Counted from the stretch's first letter, positions 31,617-41,707 are shown. The stretch: 64,000 nucleotides of DNA from an uncultured Gemmatimonadales bacterium (GCA_963783385.1 CAWANJ010000001.1:717154-781153); one strand, 5' to 3'. Program-made: numbers and translations. The notes: generated by a model not told the origin, from the letters alone.

Positions 31617-31957
31617 CGCGCTCGGCTCGGATCCTTCTCGGGGACATCCTTGAGGCAGCCGAGCTGCTCGAACGCTACACGGCCGGCATCTCCCACCAGC
31701 AATTCGCGAACAACCTCGAGAAGCAGGACGCCGTCGCCCGCCGGATCGAGGTCATTGGGGAAGCCGTCAAAGGCCTCCCCGAGTCCCTTCGCCAGCGGCA
31801 CCCCGAAGTGCCGTGGCGGGAGATTGCCGGAGCGAGGGATGTCCTGATTCACGAATACTTCCGAATCGACGTCAGGCTCGCCTGGGAGATGGTTCAGAAG
31901 GACATCCCGGACCTGGCAGCCAAGGTCCGGAAGATCCTGGGTGAACTCGAAGACTGA
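31613..31957 (+). CDS. HEPN/DUF86 toxin (copy 1)
   Basis: DAVARRIEVIGEA, PWREIAGARDVLIHEY. Confidence 0.88.
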   Translation: MTRSARILLGDILEAAELLERYTAGISHQQFANNLEKQDAVARRIEVIGEAVKGLPESLRQRHPEVPWREIAGARDVLIHEYFRIDVRLAWEMVQKDIPDLAAKVRKILGELED

Positions 31958-33207
31958 GGTCTGCCACTTCACATAACACGACGGCTGCCGCTTCGCCGCC
32001 TGCGGCGGCTCGCCCTGCGGGACGCCCGCTCGCTGAGACTCGCGGGCGTCGGCAACCGCGGGGACGTTAGACGCCAGGTCCCCGAAACAGGGGATGGTCG
32101 GTTCCCGATTCGGAGGCGATGTCCCGTAGCGCTGCCTCGGTGAACGCAGCTCAGGCTGAGCTCCACTCGGAGGGAGAGGATGCCTCCGAATCGAGGCTGA
32201 AGAGCGAATCGCTTAGCGAGATGGAAGGCAGGGCCACCGCTTGGATCGGGGGACCCGGCGCCTAACAGGATGGGTGGTGGCTCGCGCGCGCTCGCGCGCT
32301 CGCAGCAACCTGCGGTAGCTTTTCGAAAAGGGGGAGGCGATGTCGGCGGTCGATTCGGACGCGTCCAGCCCAACGAGTCAGGCCAGCGCAGGTTCACCAC
32401 CCACCGGACGTTAGACGCCAGGTCCCCAAGACGGGGGTGATCGATTCCCGATTCGGAGGCGATGTCCCGAACCGCTGCCGCGAGAGGCGCAGCTCAGGCC
32501 GACCCCCGCTCGGAGGGAGAGAGAGCCTCCGAATCGAAGCTGAAGATCGAATCGCTTAGCAGGTTGGGAGGCAGGGCCGCCGCTTGGATCGGGGGACCCG
32601 GCGTCTAACAGGATGGGTAGCGGCTCGCGCGCGAGAGCGCGCTCGCTTCAACCTGCTAGGCTTTTCGAAGGTGGGGATCCGATACGGGCTGCTGATCGAG
32701 GATCGGTCCGGCAGCGGAGAGCGGGCCAAGCAGGTTCGCTACCCACCGGACGTTAGGCGCCAGGTCCCCGAAACAGGGTGTGCCGGGTTCCGATTCGGAG
32801 GCGATGTCCCGAACCGCTGCCTCCAGAAGCGCAGCTCGAGCCAGCTTCCGCTCGGAGGGAGAAAGAGCCTCCGAATCGAGGCTGAAGAGCGAATCGCTTG
32901 GCGAGATGGCAGGCAGGGCCACCGCTTGGATCGAGGGACCCGGCGCCTAACAGGATGGGTGGTGGCTCGCGCGCGCTCGCGCGCTCGCAGCAACCTGCGG
33001 TAGCTTTTCGAAAAGGGGAGGCGATGTCGGCGGTCGATTCGGACGCGTCCAGCCCAACGAGTCAGGCCAGCGCAGGTTCACCACCCACCGGACGTTATAA
33101 GACATGCCATAGACGGGTGGGCCGATGGACCGATATCTACGTTGGCCTTGCGCCCCTTCGTGTCCGATGGGGAGCTGGGCAGCCGCTCTGGCCCGATCGG
33201 AGATGAG

Positions 33208-33606
33208 ATGACAGACCTCAACGAGTTCACGCTGGAGCAGGCCGAGGCGGCGGCCGCGAAGTTGTGGGCGTTCGGCAGCGCCCCTTTCCCGATGGCGGAC
33301 GGCGCGGTCATACAGGGTCATGTTGAGAAAGCTGTGACTGATACGGCCATCGCTTTCGCCATCCACGTGCGCCGCCTCCTAGATAATCACGGCATCCGTA
33401 CCCGATTCACGCTTGATGAGCCGTTTGTGCACTGGTCACCAACCGGCTCTGCGCCGAAGGTGGCGGTTCTTCGGGATGCCTTGAATCGAATCGTGCATGC
33501 CATTGATTTCGAGGTCGGCTTTGAGCGTCTACCGGATGATCAACACAAGATCAAAGGTGGCGCGATCACGGTCCTGGTACCTTCGGACCAGAACCGACCA
33601 ACGTGA
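33208..33606 (+). CDS. Hypothetical cassette protein, probably frameshifted at the 3' end
   Basis: LRDALNRIVHA motif; protein-like sequence continues in another frame. Confidence 0.5.
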   Translation: MTDLNEFTLEQAEAAAAKLWAFGSAPFPMADGAVIQGHVEKAVTDTAIAFAIHVRRLLDNHGIRTRFTLDEPFVHWSPTGSAPKVAVLRDALNRIVHAIDFEVGFERLPDDQHKIKGGAITVLVPSDQNRPT

Positions 33607-33875
33607 GGAAGGGCTGATCGACGTGTTCGCGCTTGCGTCCTGGCTTCTACCACCAGGTCTTGCCCGCGGTGCGTGGTCTTGGCCCCGATATGGCGTAACT
33701 TCCAGGTGGCGGAATGCTATTGATGCCTGGGTGTGCGGTGTGGTGGGCACGTCTTATAACAAACGGGTGCCGCCTTCGCTCGCTGCGCTCGCTCCGGAGA
33801 ACACGGCCCGCGGTGCGGGCCGCGTCGGCACCCTAGGACGTTATGTGCAAGTTCGGAACTAGCGCGAAGGTAGGA

Positions 33876-34145
33876 TCAGAGACGAGATAGTAGGTCATCA
33901 TAGTCGGCGTGGGAGCCGATCCAAAACCAGACGAGATCCTCCTGATCGCGGACACAGAGGGCCCGGTAGCCGCGACCGACGCGCGCGGAGTAGACCGGCC
34001 GGGAGGGATGAACCTGCTTGAACTGAAGGCTCGGATGCGTCGGGTCACGCTGAAATCGACGGTAGGCAATCCGGGCCTGCCGTTGAACGTGCGCTGGAAG
34101 TTGTGCGAAGGCCTTACGAAAGCGCGAGGTCGTGTGGGACGTCAC
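33876..34145 (-). CDS. RelE/ParE-fold toxin
   Basis: RFRKAFAQLP...PTHPSLQFK...YSARVGRGYRAL...WFWIGSHADYD. Confidence 0.85.
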   Translation of the reverse strand: MTSHTTSRFRKAFAQLPAHVQRQARIAYRRFQRDPTHPSLQFKQVHPSRPVYSARVGRGYRALCVRDQEDLVWFWIGSHADYDDLLSRL

Positions 34146-34360
34146 AGCGCATCGGGCTCGAGCGGCTTGGTCCGCCCGCGTCGATGCTCTTCCAGGGCTT
34201 CGTCGGCTAGGGACTCAAGGTGGCTTGCCGACGCGGCGAAGGAGCGGTCCCACTCCTCATCCGACTCGATCTCGTCGAGGAGAATCGCCGCTAGGGCGTC
34301 CTGCTGCTCGGAGGGCAGCCTCCTGGCCGCCTCGATCGCCTTCTTCAGTAGCTCGGTCAT
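34142..34360 (-). CDS. Antitoxin partner of the RelE/ParE-like toxin
   Basis: MTELLKKAIEAARRLPSEQQDALA...WDRSF; GTGA overlap. Confidence 0.8.
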   Translation of the reverse strand: MTELLKKAIEAARRLPSEQQDALAAILLDEIESDEEWDRSFAASASHLESLADEALEEHRRGRTKPLEPDAL

Positions 34361-34976
34361 CGTTTCCTCCGCCGTTCGGTGAATTCTACGCCGGCAGCCT
34401 GCACAAGTGCCAGCGGCCAGGCGAGCCACTCGGCGCCAAACCTGCACATAACAGGACGGGTAGCGGCTCGCGCGCGGAAGCGCGCTCGCTTCAACCTGCT
34501 GAAGCACTTCGGAGGTGGGGATCGGATGCGGGCTGCTGATCAGGGACCGGTCCGGCAGCGGAGAGCCTGCCAAGCAGGTTCGCTACCCACCGGACGTTAG
34601 GCGCCAGGTCCCCGAAACAGGGTGTGCCGGGTTCCGATTCGGAGGCAATGTCCCGAACCGCTGCCTCCAGAAGCGCAGCTCGAGCCAGCTTCCGCTCGGA
34701 GGGAGAAAGAGCCTCCGAATCGAGGCTGAAGAGCGAATCGCTTGGCGAGATGGCAGGCAGGGCCACCGCTTGGATCGAGGGACCCGGCGCCTAACAGGAT
34801 GGGTGGTGGCTCGCGCGCGCTCGCGCGCTCGCAGCAACCTGCGGTAGCTTTTCGAAAAGGGGAGGCGATGTCGGCGGTCGATTCGGACGCGTCCAGCCCA
34901 ACGAGTCAGGCCAGCGCAGGTTCACCACCCACCGGACGTTAGACGGAATTCCAAAGGATTCTGAGGGAGCAGAGGA

Positions 34977-35141
34977 ATGCGCACACCGAGGCCACAGGGC
35001 TGGAGACCCACAATGTCCGCAGCCGCAGCAGCCGGTGCTGCCGGTCTCGGGGTCCCGACACACTCCCCTGTCTGGACCGCCTTCGGCGCACTCGTCGGTG
35101 CCACGATCGGTTACCTCGTCGCACTTCGACTAGACAAGTAG
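34977..35141 (+). CDS. 54-aa small membrane peptide, second copy
   Basis: Cassette 34938-35159 appears identical to 28668-28889, including the downstream site. Confidence 0.6.
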   Translation: MRTPRPQGWRPTMSAAAAAGAAGLGVPTHSPVWTAFGALVGATIGYLVALRLDK

Positions 35142-35781
35142 AGAGGAACTCCGTCTAACAGGACGGGCGGCGGCTCGCGCGCTCTCGCGCGCTCGACCCA
35201 ACCTGCGGTAGCTTTTCAGAAATCGGAACGGTGAGGTGGCGACCGGTGGAGAACCGCTCCGCCCTGCTCTTCAGGCCACCGCAGGTTCGCCACCCGCCGG
35301 GACGTTAGGCGCCAGGTCCCCAAGACGGGGGTGATCGATTCCTGATTCGGAGGCGAGGTCCCGAGCCGCGGCCTCAAGAGGCGCAGCTCGAGCCGGACTC
35401 CGCTCGAAGGGAGAGAGAGCCTCCGAATCGAGGCTGAAGAGCGAATCGCTTAGCAGGTTGGAAGGCAGGGCCACCGCTTGGATCGGGGGACCCGGCGCCT
35501 AACAGGATGGGTGGTGGCTCGCGCGCGCTCGCGCGCTCGCAGCAACCTGCGGTAGCTTTTCGAAAAGGGGAGGCGATGTCGGCGGTCGATTCGGACGCGT
35601 CCAGCCCTACGGGTCAGTCCAGCGCAGGTTCACCACCCACCGGACGTTAACTGAAAGGTGCCTGTGGATTCAGAACGGGGCCTGAGACAGAGAGAGATGG
35701 ATGCTGGAGGAGGCGTGGCGACCCAACTCAAGGGACACGTGCGGACGGCTGGCCACGGCCGACGTATCAAGAGGAGGCGCG

Positions 35782-36279
35782 ATGCGAAGAGGCACGTCAG
35801 CGACGGTGGCTGAATTCCTCGGGAGTCTTCCAGTTGACCGGCAGACGACCGTGGAGGCGGTGCGGGCCGTGATTCGTCGACACCTGCCCCAGGGCTACGA
35901 GGAGGTGGTGGCAAAAAACATGCTGGTCTATCAGGTGCCGCTCAGCCGGTATGCGGACACCTACAACGGCCATCCGCTGTGGTATGTGGCGTTGGCGTCG
36001 GAAAAGTCGTACCTCTCGCTGCATTTGATGCCGGTATACGGGAGCGCTATCTACGCGGAGCGCCTAGCAGAGGGCTTCCGAAAGGAAGGCAAACGCCTGG
36101 ACATGGGTAAGGCATGCGTACGGTTCCGGAAGATTGAGGACCTAGCCCTCGCTCCGATCGGTGAAATAGTTGAAAGCGTGCCGGTGGATCGTTGGGTGGA
36201 GATTGCCAAGAGCGCGCGATCTCGAAGATCGCGGGACGGATCTGCTGGCCGCGCCACACCGGGTGCAGGCGACGGATAG
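35782..36279 (+). CDS. DUF1801 (YdhG-like) protein
   Basis: VAEFLGSLP...LPQGYEE...DMGKACVRF; GAGGAGG RBS. Confidence 0.8.
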   Translation: MRRGTSATVAEFLGSLPVDRQTTVEAVRAVIRRHLPQGYEEVVAKNMLVYQVPLSRYADTYNGHPLWYVALASEKSYLSLHLMPVYGSAIYAERLAEGFRKEGKRLDMGKACVRFRKIEDLALAPIGEIVESVPVDRWVEIAKSARSRRSRDGSAGRATPGAGDG

Positions 36280-36793
36280 AGGCGGTCCGGAAGCATTGGT
36301 AGAGGATTGTTAGCGCCGAGGTGGTGTGGCGACGAGCGGTGCTGTAGTACGCACCGGCACCCATCAGTTAACAAACAAGTTGCGCCTACGCCGCGCATGC
36401 GCGGCTCCGGGGAACACCGGCGCAAGGCACGCGGGCCGTGGGAAGCGTGCCGAGAATGTGTCGAAGAGCGGTGCTCGACGGGCCGTGACGGACGCGCCGG
36501 CGTCGCAACTTTAGGAACGTTAGGCGCCAGGTCCCCGAAACAGGGTGTGCCGGGTTCCGATTCGGAGGCGATGTCCCGAACCGCTGCCTCCAGAAGCGCA
36601 GCTCGAGCCAGCTTCCGCTCGGAGGGAGAGAGAGCCTCCGAATCGAGGCTGAAGAGCGAATCGCTTGGCGAGATGGCAGGCAGGGCCACCGCTTGGATCG
36701 AGGGACCCGGCGCCTAACAGGATGGGTGGTGGCTCGCGCGCGCTCGCGCGCTCGCAGCAACCTGCGGTAGCTTTTCGAAACGGAACTATGCAC

Positions 36794-36822
36794 TTGACAA
36801 ACCCATGCGCCCATGGTACCTT
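36794..36822 (+). promoter_or_regulatory. Sigma70-type promoter for the transposase, overlapping the left TIR
   Basis: TTGACA-17 nt-TACCTT with TGn extension. Confidence 0.6.
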
Positions 36823-36845
36823 TCATAGTAGAAAGGGGAGCTACC

Positions 36846-37754
36846 ATGAGCATGACGTTCGCGGAAGCATTGGCTCTGTCGGAGAGCGAGGCAAGGACCT
36901 ATCTGGAGCGCATCCGCTGGCCGGAAGGTCCCGTGTGCCCCCATTGCGGCGCGTCGGACCGGATCTATGACCTCCAGGGTAGCGCGCACCGCGAGGGCCT
37001 CTACAAGTGCGGATCCTGCCGGAAGCAGTTCACGGTCACGGTCGGTACCGTCATGCACCGGACCAAGATCCCGCTCCGCAAGTGGGTTCTGGCCTTCCAG
37101 ATCCTGTGCGCGTCCAAGAAGGGTGTCTCGGCCCTGCAGCTCCAGCGGATGCTGGACCTCGGGTCCTACCGGACCGCATGGCACATGGCGCACCGCATCC
37201 GGCTTGCCATGCGGGAAGAGCCACTCGCCACCATGCTCCATGGGCACGTGGAGGTCGATGAGACCTACATTGGCGGCAAGACACGGAAGGGCATCCGTGG
37301 GCGGGGCTCGGAGCGGAAGACCCCGGTCCTGGCACTCGTGGAGCGGAACGGCCGCGTGCGGTCGCAGCCCGTCCAGCGCGTGTCCGGCAAGGAACTCAAG
37401 GCCGCGATCCGGGAGCAGGTTCACAAGTCGGCCGCGATCCACACCGACGAACTGGCCTCCTACAAGGGCATTGGTGCCGAGTTCGAGGGCGGACATCACG
37501 TGGTGCGGCACGGACGGGGCGAGTACGTTGCCGGTCCGGCGAGCACCAACACCGCTGAGAGCTACTTTGCCCTGCTCAAGCGGTCGATCCACGGAGCCTA
37601 TCACAGCGTGTCGAAGAAGCATCTGGGGCGCTACCTCGACCACCAGGGCTTCCTGTGGAACACCAGGGACCTTCCGGATGGGGCGAGAGTGGATGCGGCG
37701 GTCCGCGGAGTCGGTGGCAAGCGGCTTACGTATTCGACGCCACGTAACCGGTGA
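36846..37754 (+). CDS. IS1595-family transposase
   Basis: RWPEGPVCPHCG zinc ribbon, VEVDETYIGG, IHTDE, TNTAESYF. Confidence 0.95.
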   Translation: MSMTFAEALALSESEARTYLERIRWPEGPVCPHCGASDRIYDLQGSAHREGLYKCGSCRKQFTVTVGTVMHRTKIPLRKWVLAFQILCASKKGVSALQLQRMLDLGSYRTAWHMAHRIRLAMREEPLATMLHGHVEVDETYIGGKTRKGIRGRGSERKTPVLALVERNGRVRSQPVQRVSGKELKAAIREQVHKSAAIHTDELASYKGIGAEFEGGHHVVRHGRGEYVAGPASTNTAESYFALLKRSIHGAYHSVSKKHLGRYLDHQGFLWNTRDLPDGARVDAAVRGVGGKRLTYSTPRNR

Positions 37755-37830
37755 GGATTGCGTGTTACAACGTAACCTTGTTACAGCTAACAGCGATGAC
37801 TAGATTCGATGGGCTACTTGACAGCGGCAA

Positions 37831-37932
37831 TGCGGGCGACCGGCTTTGCACCGGCACGGGGCAGCCTCGGGTAAGGGTTTGCGCCCCACCGACTCCCAAG
37901 GTCGGCGTGTCTACTAGTTCCACCACGCCCGC
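37831..37932 (-). tRNA. tRNA-like element: class II (Leu-type) body, TGG (Pro) anticodon, atypical T-loop, no encoded CCA
   Basis: GCGGGCG/CGCCCGC-A acceptor; GTG-GAACTAGTAGA-CAC D-arm; CCGAC-CTTGGGA-GTCGG anticodon arm; GGGGC...GCCCC long variable arm; GCCGG-TGCAAAG-CCGGT T-arm. Confidence 0.7.
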
Positions 37933-38094
37933 AGCGGAGGTCCAGGCCGGGCTGGTGCGGCGTACCGTACCGCCCATTCGGGGCGCGTACCCAACGCCCC
38001 TTACCCGGTCCTGGCCCGTCAACCGGTCGCGGCTACGCCCGCGCCCGGCCCCTCACGGCCCTCACGGACACCACCCGTGGGGGCCGTCTTCATC

Positions 38095-38505
38095 CTATCG
38101 GATCTTGTACCGTTTCTCGCGGCTTCCCTTCACGGGATCCAGCTTTACGTACACGTTGTCCTCGGTGGTCCCGTGATGCAGGTCCCAGCGCACGGAGTTC
38201 TTATTGAGCACCTCTCCCGTGCTGGCGCTCCGCTCCACGATCTCATTGATCGTAAGTGGGCTGTCCGCTCCGCGAAGGATGGTGGTGACTCGCTCTCGAA
38301 TGCTGACATCTCCGGCAGCACCGGCCGATGCGTGGGCCTTTCCATTGCGCCCGGCACCGGCTGCACCCGTCTTCTGGACGGCGTCAACCAGCTCCTTCAG
38401 CGTCTCGTGGACCAACCGCTGGAGTTCCAGTTTGCGCTCCGCCTGCCGGATCTCCACCTCGCTATCCTCGAGCTTCTTCCGGAGCAGATCCATGACTTCT
38501 GTCAT
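38095..38505 (-). CDS. IS passenger: coiled-coil plus winged-HTH-like protein
   Basis: Heptad-like N-terminus; IRERVTTIL...PLTINEIVE...KNSVRWDL. Confidence 0.55.
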   Translation of the reverse strand: MTEVMDLLRKKLEDSEVEIRQAERKLELQRLVHETLKELVDAVQKTGAAGAGRNGKAHASAGAAGDVSIRERVTTILRGADSPLTINEIVERSASTGEVLNKNSVRWDLHHGTTEDNVYVKLDPVKGSREKRYKIR

Positions 38506-38630
38506 TGTTTCGGAACTCCTTTCGGCGGGCCAGCCATCACTCAGTGTTGGTGGACTGATGGAAGGTAAGCGCTCAGGCATGGAGGAGCAAGGAGGCCATC
38601 CGATGGGCCATCACTCGAGGAGGGCATCCT

Positions 38631-38801
38631 ATGAGTAAGCCGCATGACAAGGAGTCAGGAGAGCGGGATTCGCTCTCCCTTCATCCCCTGGAGTTGGATG
38701 AAGCCATGGCCGGTTTCCTTCAAGTGGACCCCAAGAAGGTGAAGGAGGCGGAACATGAAAGGCAGCATGAAGACGAGAATGACACTCGGGAGGACCGATG
38801 A
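38631..38801 (+). CDS. 56-aa IS passenger peptide, ATGA-coupled to the RM gene (not in the ORF track)
   Basis: GAGGAGG RBS; MSKPHDKESGERDSLSLHPLELDEAMAGFLQVDPKKVKEAEHERQHEDENDTREDR. Confidence 0.6.
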   Translation: MSKPHDKESGERDSLSLHPLELDEAMAGFLQVDPKKVKEAEHERQHEDENDTREDR

Positions 38802-41347
38802 GGTCGCTCGTCGTTGACGCCCTATCTGGCCGAGAAGTAATCGCCGGCCCAGAGGAACGGGACGCAACGCAGCCTTTTGTCTTCTATCTGACGCAGCGCC
38901 TCGGCTGGCATCCGAAGCAGATCATTACTCGTCCTCAGTGGCGAGTACCCAAGTCCCCGTCGTCGCCAAGAAGCTCGGGCTATCCAGTAGACATTGCCAT
39001 CTTTGACTCAGAGGAGTACGCGGGAGACCCCGACCACATCCAGATCATTGTAGAGTGCAAAGCGCCAAGCGAGGATCAGGGAATAGGGGAGCTCAAGACC
39101 TACCTGGGCTTAGAGCCAGAAGCACGCCTTGGCATTTGGTTCAACGGTGAGAAGCATGTGCTGGTATGGAAGGTGGCGGACGGCTTCTCGGTCGACAGAT
39201 ATGGACCAGTGCCGCGCTCAACCGACCCGTTAGCGCCAACCGAATCGCAGCCTCCGCTTCGATATGTAGACCTCGTACCGCCGCCCAACCTAGGCGAGAT
39301 TTTCCGTAGGCTTCGGGACCGCATTGCCGCGCAGGACACGCACGTCAACAGGGATGAGTTCATTCTAAACGATCTTGCCAACCTACTCGTGTGCAAGATA
39401 GCCGACGAGCAGGAAGGACAATTGGAGCCCAATCGGCCGATGGCGTTTCAGCTGGCGGGTTCGCAGAAAGCCACAGCGGAGTCGATTCGCCGCTACTTCA
39501 CGGAGATCAAGAATCGACTAACATCCGTGTTCACGGACAGAGATGAGCGATTGCACATTGACGACGAGAGCTTGGAAGAAGTGGTGCGAACACTTCAAGC
39601 CTACATTTTGCTCGACCATGACAGACATGCCGTGGGCACGGCGTTTCAGGTCCTTCGCGGTCGAGCGTTAAAGGGCGAGGAGGGCTCCTATTTCACCCCG
39701 CCGCCGCTCGTTGACTGCGTGGTGTCCATCCTAGACCCTGATCACGGCACTCGACTCGTTGATCCGGCTTGTGGAACGGGCGGATTCTTGGCGGCTGCTC
39801 TCGATCACGTTTTCACTGGGATCGACAACAAGAAGCTGTCCGCCGATGCGAAGACACGCGCTAAGACCACATGGGCGGGCGAATCTCTCATTGCGGTAGA
39901 CAAGGATGCAGTATCCACGAAGCTATGCAAGGCATACCTCACCCTTCTTGGAGATGGGCGGTCACACGTCTACCGGGCAGATGCGATTGACCGGACCGCG
40001 TGGGGCGAGCGGGCCGATGACCTGCAACGGGTTGTGGCGAGCGGGACCTTCGACCAGGTCATGACTAACCCGCCGTTCGGATCGAAGCTCAAGATTAGCG
40101 CGGATACCGGTCGCCAGGAGCAGTTGCTGGTATGCAGGAGGTGGGTCGACGCAGGATCTGAATGGAAACCAACCGACGAATGGACGGACCAGCAGCTCGG
40201 CATCGCATTCTTTGAGCGTGCTGTGGATCTCCTAAGCAACGGAGGAAATCTCGCCATCGTTCTTCCGGAGACCTTTCTGTTCTCCCCAAGCTTCAAATGG
40301 TTCATTGACTGGATTTGCCGAACTCTTACAGTTACCCATGTTGTCGACGTTCCCATGGTAGCATTCGAGGAGTTTTGCCGCGCCAAGACGTGCCTCGTCT
40401 TCGTCCGAAAGACCAAGCCATCCCCCGGACATTGCACGGTCATGAGCTTCCCACGATCTATCGGACAAGACAAGCGGGGCAAGCCTCTCTTCGCGCTCAA
40501 TGGAGAGGGCGTAAGAAAGGAGGGGGAGGGCCTTGACAATGAAATGGCGGAGGCCGTGAAGGAGATCGTTTCGAGGGGCTACAGGGGCAAGACGAAAACG
40601 GATCGCAAGGGAAGCCATGGTCGCTATTGCTTCACAGTAGCTCAAGCGGACATCAGGAGGCGTGGCGTTCTTGTCCCCCGCTTTTGGTGGAGGTCACATA
40701 CTGACGATGCTTTACATGAATGGTCAGAGAAGCACGACAGCCGGATACTGAGCCTCGGTGAGCTTGCAGACCGCGGAGCGATTGAAGCCTTCAGCGGACA
40801 TGGCTCGCCACCAGGAAATGCGAGGGGAACCGGAAAGGTCCCTTATGTGAAGGTTACCGATCTGAAGAACTGGCGCATCAACGAAAACCCGACAAACTTC
40901 ATTCACCAGAGCATCGCAGAGAAGTATTGGGCACGCGGACCGTCACTTGAGTACGGAGATTTGATCTCTCCCGCTCGCGCTTCATTGAACATCGGACAGT
41001 TTTCGATGGTGCTACCGTGGCAGACTCGCATCGTGGTGACTCGTGAGGTGCTAATCTTACGCGTCCACGACAACGATCTAGGGATAGACCCGTTCCTGCT
41101 GCTTGTGCTCCTTTCCTTGAAAGTGGTGCAGGACCAATACGAGAACCTCGCTCTCATGCAGACCAACAGGGAGCATTGAGGAGACCACTGGCGCGAAGTC
41201 CAAATCCCGATACCGGCCACAGAGTCTGCCAGGAAGCAACTGTCGCGTCCCGTGCGGGATTACTTCGATGCGATCATAGCGGCTCGCGAGTCATACCGAA
41301 GAATCTTCACCAAGTACGACCGTCAGGATTTCGGCACAAGGCCATGA
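38798..41347 (+). CDS. Fused restriction endonuclease/N6-adenine methyltransferase/specificity protein (Type IIG-like); in-frame TGA at 41177-41179
   Basis: VDIAIF...VECK nuclease motif, YFTP, DPACGTGGFL, NPPF, TRD-like tail; frame stays open for 55 codons after the TGA. Confidence 0.85.
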
Positions 41348-41521
41348 CGGCGGCGCACTGGGTTTGTCAACGCCATAGTTCCGTTTCGAAAAGGGGAGGC
41401 GATGTCGGCGGTCGATTCGGACGCGTCCAGCCCAACGAGTCAGGCCAGCGCAGGTTCACCACCCACCGGACGTTATGCGAAAACCGATGAATGGCCAGAT
41501 CCTTCTGGACTACAGAGGCCC

Positions 41522-41707
41522 TTAGACTATGCCGGTCGTAGCCGTCGAACTCATGCCTAGGCTCGGAACAACGTACATCGGCTGAATCGTGATAGTCGGG
41601 TGGGTAGGAACGTGGCCGCCCACGATGGCGAGGGTCTCGGGCAGGTAGGATGCTGCGAGGGATGTTCCGAGCACCACTGCGAGCCATCGCCGTCTTCCGT
41701 CGTCCAT
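41522..41707 (-). CDS. 61-aa hypothetical peptide, antisense in its cassette
   Basis: AAGGAGG RBS; RRR plus hydrophobic N-terminus. Confidence 0.45.
   Translation of the reverse strand: MDDGRRRWLAVVLGTSLAASYLPETLAIVGGHVPTHPTITIQPMYVVPSLGMSSTATTGIV

Larger units (their letters stand above)
25684..36718 (+). repeat. Gene-less 200-bp self-complementary cassette, 13 dispersed copies
   Basis: GTTAGRCGCCAGGTCCCC...GGGACCC(G/A)GCGYCTAAC at 25684, 27640, 27983, 28325, 29457, 29797, 30135, 32066 (201 bp), 32410, 32752, 34596, 35304, 36519. Confidence 0.92.
36781..41383 (+). mobile_element. IS1595-family transporter element (4.6 kb) with passenger genes
   Basis: 25-bp TIRs CGGAACTATGnnnTTGACAAACCCA (22/25 match); 8-bp target duplication TTTCGAAA at 36773-36780 and 41384-41391. 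Confidence 0.93.

Noticed and set aside
32752-32951. Hammerhead ribozyme in the gene-less cassette (CTGAAGA right after a long stem; GAAAC upstream in some copies)
   Set aside because: GAAA is absent in about half of the copies, and stems II and III pair poorly. An Infernal hammerhead search or cleavage assay would settle it.
27786-36717. Recurrent ORFs across the repeats (MALPSNLL..., MDRGTRR..., MGSEPAW..., VIDSRFGG...)
   Set aside because: No RBS, they cross cassette boundaries, and starts and stops are not conserved among copies
27640-36718. ~340-bp periodic repeats as a CRISPR array or simple tandem repeat
   Set aside because: Units are far too long, there are no unique spacers or cas genes, and boundaries follow the GTTA/TAAC cassette rule with gene cassettes interspersed
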